Shown one piece after another: positions 63,101-64,000 of a stretch of 64,000 nucleotides of DNA (position 1 is the first letter of the stretch; each line of letters begins with the position of its first letter). The DNA is from an uncultured Rhodobacteraceae bacterium (GTDB lineage: Bacteria > Pseudomonadota > Alphaproteobacteria > Rhodobacterales > Rhodobacteraceae): NCBI GenBank assembly GCA_903930735.1, contig CAIYZT010000441.1:2975-66974 (forward strand), in the 5' to 3' direction. The position numbers and the translations under genes are program-made. The notes below the pieces were generated by a model that did no database searches, was not told where the DNA came from, and saw nothing but the letters and a program-made list of their open reading frames with translations.

Positions 63101-64000
63101 AAGCCGGGCTGCCGCTGATCTGCGACACGACATAGGCGGCGGACCGTGCCACCCCGTTCACCAGCCAGAGCTTCGGAGCGGTCACTTTGCTGGCGGTTTC
63201 CACGCCGGGCTTGATCTGACAACTGCCCGCGCGCAGGTCGGTGCCGAACCATGCCACCACCAGCGACACCGATCTGCAGTTCGGCGCGGTGGCTTCCAAC
63301 TGATCGAGCGAGGTCAGAAAATCGCACTGCCCGCCGCTGGAATTGACGTTCTCGGGCAGCACTGCCCCGCCGACAACCGTCCGTGTGATCGGTTCGGTCG
63401 CATAGATGAACTCGCCCGAGGACGGGATCATGTTCACCGCAGTGAGCAACTGCTCGGCGCTATCGGGCTCCTCGCTGGGCCGATACACCTCAAAGGAAAG
63501 CTGCGGCAGCCGGTTGCCAAACGTCGCGAGCGGCAGGTTCTCGAACAAGATATAAGCGGTGCCGCGATAGGCCGGGGCGAGCCCTGCACCCATCGTCGCT
63601 TCGATGAACGGATCGGGCATCTGGGTCTCAGAACCGAGGTGCAGCCGCCACACAGCGCCAGGCACATCAAAGGCACTGCCGTCGGCCCAGATGCGACCGA
63701 TCCCGCCAATCGGGCCAGTGGCGATCGCCACGGCGATGCTCGCGAAATAGCTGTATTCCTCGACGACAACACCGCCGCCACCGCCTTTGCCGCCGCCGCT
63801 CTGGCGGGTTTCAGAATAGACCTCGCGGAAATCCGTGGCCCAAATGATGTTGCCGCCGACCCGCATCCGACCATAAACGCGCGGGATCACCGCGCCTTCG
63901 GTGGCGCTGGTGACGCGCAATTCATCCAGCCGCGCGCCTTCCTGCCGCTGATCTGGCGTGAAGGAAGAGATAATGCGGGAGTCGATCGCCGTGCCGATCA
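60162..64000 (-). CDS. RcGTA g15-like host-specificity protein (second copy), 5'-partial at window edge
   Basis: Collinear with 13938..17894 (YGRMRVGGNIIWATDF..GRIWADGSAF..). The reading frame stays open upstream of the track start to position 64000 (..IGTAIDSRIISSFTPDQRQEGARLDELRVTSATEG). Confidence 0.9.
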   Translation of the reverse strand, partial: IGTAIDSRIISSFTPDQRQEGARLDELRVTSATEGAVIPRVYGRMRVGGNIIWATDFREVYSETRQSGGGKGGGGGVVVEEYSYFASIAVAIATGPIGGIGRIWADGSAFDVPGAVWRLHLGSETQMPDPFIEATMGAGLAPAYRGTAYILFENLPLATFGNRLPQLSFEVYRPSEEPDSAEQLLTAVNMIPSSGEFIYATEPITRTVVGGAVLPENVNSSGGQCDFLTSLDQLEATAPNCRSVSLVVAWFGTDLRAGSCQIKPGVETASKVTAPKLWLVNGVARSAAYVVSQISGSPAYGGTPSDFSVVQAIQELKARGFRVTFYPFLLMDVPEANTLPNPYSNNAAALGQPKYPWRGRITCAPAAGFAGTVDKTAAATTQVSAFFGAAVPGNFAVSGSAVTWTGSPSDWGLRRMMLHYAHLCVAAGGVDAFLIGSELRGLTQIRSGASTYPTVAALQSLASACRSVLGSGTKLSYAADWSEYFGHQPQDGTNDLFFHLDPLWADANTDFVGIDNYMPLSDWRDGDQHLDALAGWPAIYDLSYLQSNIEGGEGFDWFYASDADRAAQVRTAVTDGAHGKPWVFRPKDIRSWWLNQHFNRPGGVQSGSPTPWVPQSKRVRFTEAGAPAVDRGTNQPNVFYDPKSSESFLPYFSRGYQDDLVQRRYIEALYPYWNDPAKNPTSGLYSGRMIDTAEIAIWTWDARPYPAFPVRSDVWSDIDNYRLGHWLTGRIGGCGLAELVRELCRTGGVPLEMIDVTQLAATVPGYAITAIESARASIAPLAQFYGFDVVETGGRLRFVPRGRPAMAQIAADTLVITDRNAEDISFTRAQETELPRALKWRLLMPDEDYGSLSVEARRITVDTARVRTEQFPIVYPAALADRAARRALYEEWIGREDAAFALPPSRLALDPTDVIRLEHDGRTPDYVLARITDGGARRIEAKRTDQTLYDLPPGPERTPAFIAPTVFGPPAAILMNLPQLADDIPAHRPYAAVFAAPWYGSALIWRSPSSDGFTALGTMGQPARLGTLAFDFFSGPFWRFDDGNELWVDVACGTFSSLDNEALLAGGNPVAIEAAPCVWEIVQFGTAALQSPGRWKLTHLLRGQFGTEDAIANPASAGARVVVLNAAVTPIAIGESDIGLPANWRIGPSTVAAADPLNLQLAFTPSGQGLRPFSPAQLRGMPQPGGDLLLTWLRRTRASSGDSWVLVEVPLGETTEAYDLEILNGAAVVRTVSGIATPSFVYTAAMIVADFGGPVTTLRFRVYQIGALGRGAAAEALV

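Larger units (their letters stand above)
56956..64000 (-). mobile_element. distal end of a second phage- or GTA-type tail/lysis cluster (runs off the window)
   Basis: Paralogues of the g15 and DUF2793 genes plus a lysis cassette. Whether this is a GTA or a second prophage cannot be decided from this window. Confidence 0.55.

Noticed and set aside
1-64000. CRISPR arrays, rRNA genes
   Set aside because: No regularly spaced direct repeats of CRISPR type and no rRNA-like sequence were seen while reading through the window.

Overview
High-GC alphaproteobacterial (Rhodobacteraceae-like) chromosomal DNA containing four blocks. (1) 1-11.1 kb holds a BMP/CUT2-type ABC importer fused into an oxygenase gene cluster. 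The cluster contains two copies of a module made of a stand-alone Rieske protein, a Rieske-less oxygenase catalytic subunit and a GST. It also contains one full-length Rieske oxygenase, a VanB/PDR-type reductase and a LysR regulator. A decayed sugar-ABC operon follows. (2) About 11.3-51.6 kb is a roughly 40 kb integrase-bearing prophage read on the minus strand. It combines a lambda-type packaging and head module (Nu1-like TerS, gpA TerL, gpW, gpB portal, S49 protease, gpD-like decoration protein, gpE-like capsid) with an RcGTA-type distal tail (g12-g15 homologues), a DUF2793 fibre and a holin/amidase lysis cassette. The early region carries two tandem ParB-methyltransferase fusions, a replication initiator with embedded iterons, a VRR-NUC nuclease and an Xis/AlpA-like HTH protein. 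Cargo includes a UPF0126/TRIC-like channel gene, two wHTH-TPR regulators and an IS91-family element whose transposase has an in-frame stop. (3) About 51.7-56.9 kb is a visibly AT-richer island. It holds an AAA-ATPase/RloB (AbiL-like) pair, a 3' fragment of an initiator-type tRNA-Met with its terminator, and a compact three-gene operon (SAMHD1/dGTPase-like HD hydrolase, GlnD/DUF294-type nucleotidyltransferase, histidine phosphatase). I consider this operon the best candidate for an undescribed defence or nucleotide-signalling system. (4) 56.9-64 kb is the distal end of a second phage/GTA-type tail cluster (a g15 paralogue running off the window, a DUF2793 fibre and a CHAP-type lysis cassette). 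All functional calls come from motif recognition by eye in the supplied translations; no database search was run.
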